A DNA stretch of 57,015 bases, counting the filler, from Sluysia triapertura (Eukaryota), in the NCBI GenBank assembly GCA_046118255.1. It is 4 parts of 4 records of this genome, joined end to end, with 100 filler letters (N's around TTAATTAATTAA, not from the genome) between each part and the next. Parts side by side here need not be neighbours in the genome. Positions count along the whole stretch, not along the records: positions 39,248 to 57,015 come from JBJNIA010185279.1; 3 more parts are not named here. One strand, written 5' to 3'. Numbering within the stretch: the stretch's first letter is position 1; each line of letters opens with the position of its first letter. Under the pieces are notes generated by a model, which was given only the letters and a program-made list of their open reading frames with translations, had not been told where the DNA came from and made no database searches. Below, in pieces: positions 53,161 to 57,015 of the stretch. The translations under genes and the position numbers were made by a program.

Positions 53161-53859
53161 GTTGGAAGGATTTAACTAATAATAATAATTTACAAAATTT
53201 TAAGTTAGCCTTTTTACAGTCTAACTTTGAAACTAGTATTTTAAATTAGCCTTTACGTTCTAATTGTAAAATTTCTTTTTATATTTTAATATATTTAGCT
53301 AGCCTTATTATGGTCTAGCGAGAATAAATGATATTTTATTTATTTAATAAATAAAGACGAACATATTTAAAGCATATTACCAAATTATTAAAAGAACATA
53401 ATAGGAATTTTTACAGATAAAATAAATATAATAATGATAATTAGATTAGCACTTAAATCTATTGATTTAGTGCGATAAATTTAAATGAAAATTGACTTAG
53501 CCATTTACGGTCTAAGTAAAAACAAATTTAATAATTTTGCATGGATTTTACATTCTCTCGTTTACAGTAAAATTCAATAGATAAGGTCGTAAATTCTCAA
53601 TTAATCTTTTCTAATATATTGTCAACTTATAGAGTTTCAAGTCAACTTATTGATTAAGGAACCACCAATTTTATACCGGCAGTAATATCTTTAACTTTTA
53701 CAGATTCCATTTAAGGAAGATTAAGTATAAAGTATAGAAGATTTTATGTTATAAATTTAATTAGAAGATTTTAGTCCTTGTAACAATCTAATTACAAACA
53801 TTTTAGACTATCAATACAATTAAACATTAAAGTCGATTTAACCTCCATACGTTTTTTGA

Positions 53860-54150
53860 AGTTTAGAAAATCCTAAGAACTAGCTCTTTAGTGAGTAAGA
53901 ATATGATCATGCGCTGACTGGTAAATGAAACCTATTTATTGATACGTATTTATATACAAACCACGTCAATCTTTTTTTGAAATAAACTTTCTCTAACTAA
54001 ATTAGTGCTTCTTTAATTTTCTTGTATTAATAATACATGGTTTTATCTTTCTATCAAAAATAATGTCGATACCAAGTATTTTGAAGTATGTTGACGTTTT
54101 TATAGAAAAATTGCGTGCTGCTATCAATGATTCAACAATAATACCGTCAA
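53860..54150 (-). pseudogene. Tubulin-tyrosine-ligase-like (TTLL polyglutamylase-like) fragment
   Basis: GIIVESLIAA...YFKILGIDIIFDRKIKPCII matches II.K.LI.A...CFEILGFDI.LD..LKPWLLEVN; downstream KIKEALI and YGG fragments; disrupted. Confidence 0.65.
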
Positions 54151-55014
54151 TACCATGTAGTGGATAACTGTTATAACTCTTAAAATTTTAAAAGAAAAAT
54201 TTAATTAAACCACATACACCCGCACTAAAGAGTTCATTTGCCTAAACTAAACCATATTCACAATCTCATAATATGCAAACCACAGTCACATCCAATACCA
54301 TTAACTTTCACCAACAAATCTACCAAAAACATGTAACGCAACATCCACTACAACCAAATAATTTCCACATTTAAAATTATTTACTTTACACTTTCGAATC
54401 AATTACAACACCTTAAATTCACCATTTGTCTCAGCATATTCACCAACAATACCACTCAAAAACAACAAATAAACAAATCACATAAAACATTACACAATAA
54501 TATTTCAAGTATACCAAGATTTTCATTGTAATATATCTTTTTACACTACCCTACAACACTCTTCGCAATAACCTTTCAATATTTAAATATTACTTTCAAT
54601 CAAGAACTTAAATCAACATTTAAGAAATTCACTCTAACATTCTACATTTTACTTCATAACAAAAGCATTCTTACCATATCATATTACGACAAAGATATAC
54701 GCAAAGATCTTTAGTTTATATGTATGTCAATTTTATTTCTCTGTTAATTTAAAATATGTTAAGAATTAAAAGAACAAAACAGAAAAGTCGTGTATACTTA
54801 TTACAAGAAATTTATGCATTTTGTTGTCATTATTACTATTATTATTTTATCTTTTTATTATCATTTTTCATTTTTTAATTAATAAAAATTTAAGCTCAAA
54901 CAAATTAGTAACTACCACGATCAGCAACCAACTGATTACATTTCATTTTAATTAACTTTATTACTGATAGTGGTTAGTTTGTTAGTTTACTAGTTTACTA
55001 ATTTATTAAATTTG

Positions 55015-55110
55015 CACTGATATTACTGGCCATCCAACCAGAATCGTATTCATTTTTTGTCAGACAAACAATTCTGGTTGGATGACCAATATTCGTATAA
55101 CATGCTAGAG
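55015..55110 (+). promoter_or_regulatory. Putative promoter similar to 27426-27602
   Basis: GGCCATCCAACCAGAAT...ATTCTGGTTGGATGACC inverted repeat (~55028-55087), then ACATGCTAG (~55101), just upstream of the ATG at 55145. Confidence 0.5.
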
Positions 55111-55144
55111 GTATCAATATTGACGCAATGGTGGCCACAATATT

Positions 55145-56176
55145 ATGAATAATTACTTTTATGATACAATGAACAAATCACTCCTTGCTAATCACAAAGA
55201 AATAGCTATAAACTGCATTTACAATTTATCCGATATATTGGAAACCAGCTTATATCTTAGTAATATATTGTTTATCGAATTCTACAAGGAAACAGTACAG
55301 TCTAACGGTTTTAGCAGTGCATTCACCGCCGTAAAAGATTTCACTGTTGCTAATATGTCATTCGAAGATGAACGTCGGAAAGATTATAAACAAATATCAA
55401 CAACTAGTCATCACATGTTTATGAATCGATACTATGTGTTCGTTGAAAAGCATAATCGAAGTCAGAGATTAAGTCCGAAATTCAATTTATAGCCAATCAG
55501 GTTGTTTATATTTGTTAATCCCAATTTCAAATGTTCGTAACATGAAATTAAATGCTAAACCAGACCAATTTGTTTGACTATACTCTGATAATGAAATTCA
55601 ACTTGAAAACTCGGTCTACTCAAAAAATGTTAATGATCGTTCACTTCTGGTCATGACCAACAACAAATTTAAAGTAAAATTCTTTATGCTCATTTTTCAA
55701 AAAATGTAAAGTTAACAAGTATAGTAATTCTAATTTTATATTTGTTTCATATATATGTTCATTTATGAATTTTGATATTGAATTACTGGATTCACTTAAT
55801 AATCAGGAGTTTTGTCACATTTTCTACTTTTAGTTCAGAAGTTGATCATATTAATGTATACTTTGTTTTTGGAATCGATTTTAAATTAGTTGATAGAGTC
55901 ATAGTGTACACGCCCAGATTATTAGTTTCGGTGAAGAATTCTAGTCTCAAAAGACATCACATCTCTAAAGGATGTATGAATATTATTGTGAACAAAGTTA
56001 AGTCTTTTGTAGACGTTTTTAGAAATAATTTTAAAGGCCTGTATATAACGAATCATGAGAGTAACGTTAAATCTAAACATGTATATGAATTACCTAACTA
56101 CGATGAAATAGTGATACTTAATAAATTAAAATTATATTTATTCGAAATAAAAATAGATCTGTCATATAGAATTTAA
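55145..56176 (+). pseudogene. Intronless orphan gene broken by stops; possible distant paralog of 26149-27325
   Basis: ORFs 55145-55492 and 55772-56176 are colinear; C-terminal RLLVSV...LYLFEIKIDLSYRI compares with RLVVEV...LFISEIK...MYRI. Confidence 0.45.
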
Positions 56177-57015
56177 ATGTACTTATCAAACTTTGTTTGA
56201 CTTTCCAGATACATCGGTTTGGAAGTATCCAATAAATAAATAATTAAACGACGTAAATTTTATTTTTATTCATTTTTTTATAAATTAAACTGTTATTTAT
56301 ATTCAGATGATCTTTGTAAAACTTGGCGAAATGATAAGCGTCAGGATACTGCAATTAATCTAACATTTTATGTTTTTCCACTAGATATAGAGTCTTTATG
56401 TATTATAGTCTTATTAATGGTAATGTATAATTACGCTACAAATAAATTAGGTTTTAATTTTAATAGTATCAAATACAATGAACTTAAAATTAGTAATATG
56501 AATAAAGACACAATGAGAATTAATTATAAAATGAAAAGATTTTATTATCACTCAAGGTTAAGGTTGAAGTTCTATCCTCAAGTATTATCAAATGTACTGA
56601 AGTCTAATACAATAAATTTAAACACACTAAATACCATTCCATATCTTTTAAATAATATATTTAATAATATATTTAATTCTTCGTAATTCGTCTTTTCTTC
56701 ATTCACGTATGAAATTGTAAAATATTGATTATTTAATTTGGCTTTTCATGGATTTTGTGATTAAATTTGATTTGATTATAACGTTGTGATTATTTTTAAA
56801 TAACTGAATATTGATTCTAAATTTAATTACATATTGTGATAATTTTATTAATAATTTTAATATTTGGAAAACTTTATTCAACTTATTTAATTTTTGGAAA
56901 TTTTATAATAATGGACATGATAAAGGTATTTTGTAATAATTTTATTGAATTTTAATAATATGTATGTAATTATTTTTTAATTATTAAAATTATTGAATTT
57001 TAATAATATGTAATT

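Larger units (their letters stand above)
52799..53520 (+). repeat. Structured dispersed module, copy A (core 52799-52860 plus 4 hairpins at 53200-53520), interrupted by a solo LTR
   Basis: Core TCTGGAGATGAGTCCACCTAATAG...CTATTAGG; hairpins AAGTTAG/CTAACTT, AATTAG/CTAATT, GCTAG/CTAGC and ACTTAG/CTAAGT. Confidence 0.8.

Overview
Very AT-rich eukaryotic (metazoan) DNA made of four contigs (1-11079, 11180-28102, 28203-39147, 39248-57015) joined by artificial 100-nt spacers (N44-TTAATTAATTAA-N44), so adjacency across the gaps means nothing. A spliced cadherin with ~40-55 nt introns, (AAT)n microsatellites and NeSL-like and CsRN1-like retroelement remnants fit a flatworm-like animal (inference only). 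The recognisable host genes are a protocadherin-like 3' half, an ankyrin-repeat ORF with an unusual C-terminal repeat, and two coiled-coil exons. The rest is transposon debris (Tc1/mariner deletion derivative, NeSL-like RLE retrotransposon, APE-LINE and gag remnants) plus isolated decayed fragments of unrelated host genes (kinesin, ALG-2-like PEF, caspase, RhoGAP, nucleotide cyclase, USP, TTLL). Two non-coding systems stand out. (1) A 359-bp miniature LTR retroelement (LTR-PBS-PPT-LTR, 4-bp TSD) whose LTRs each hold a full-length tRNA-like Pol III cassette, with a solo LTR and fragments elsewhere. (2) An unrecognised dispersed module in five copies on three contigs: a ~60-nt covarying stem-loop core followed, in the same orientation, by an array of covarying AAGCTAG-CC...GG-T-CTAGCTT hairpins. 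All protein calls come from manual translation and motif recognition; no database searches were run.
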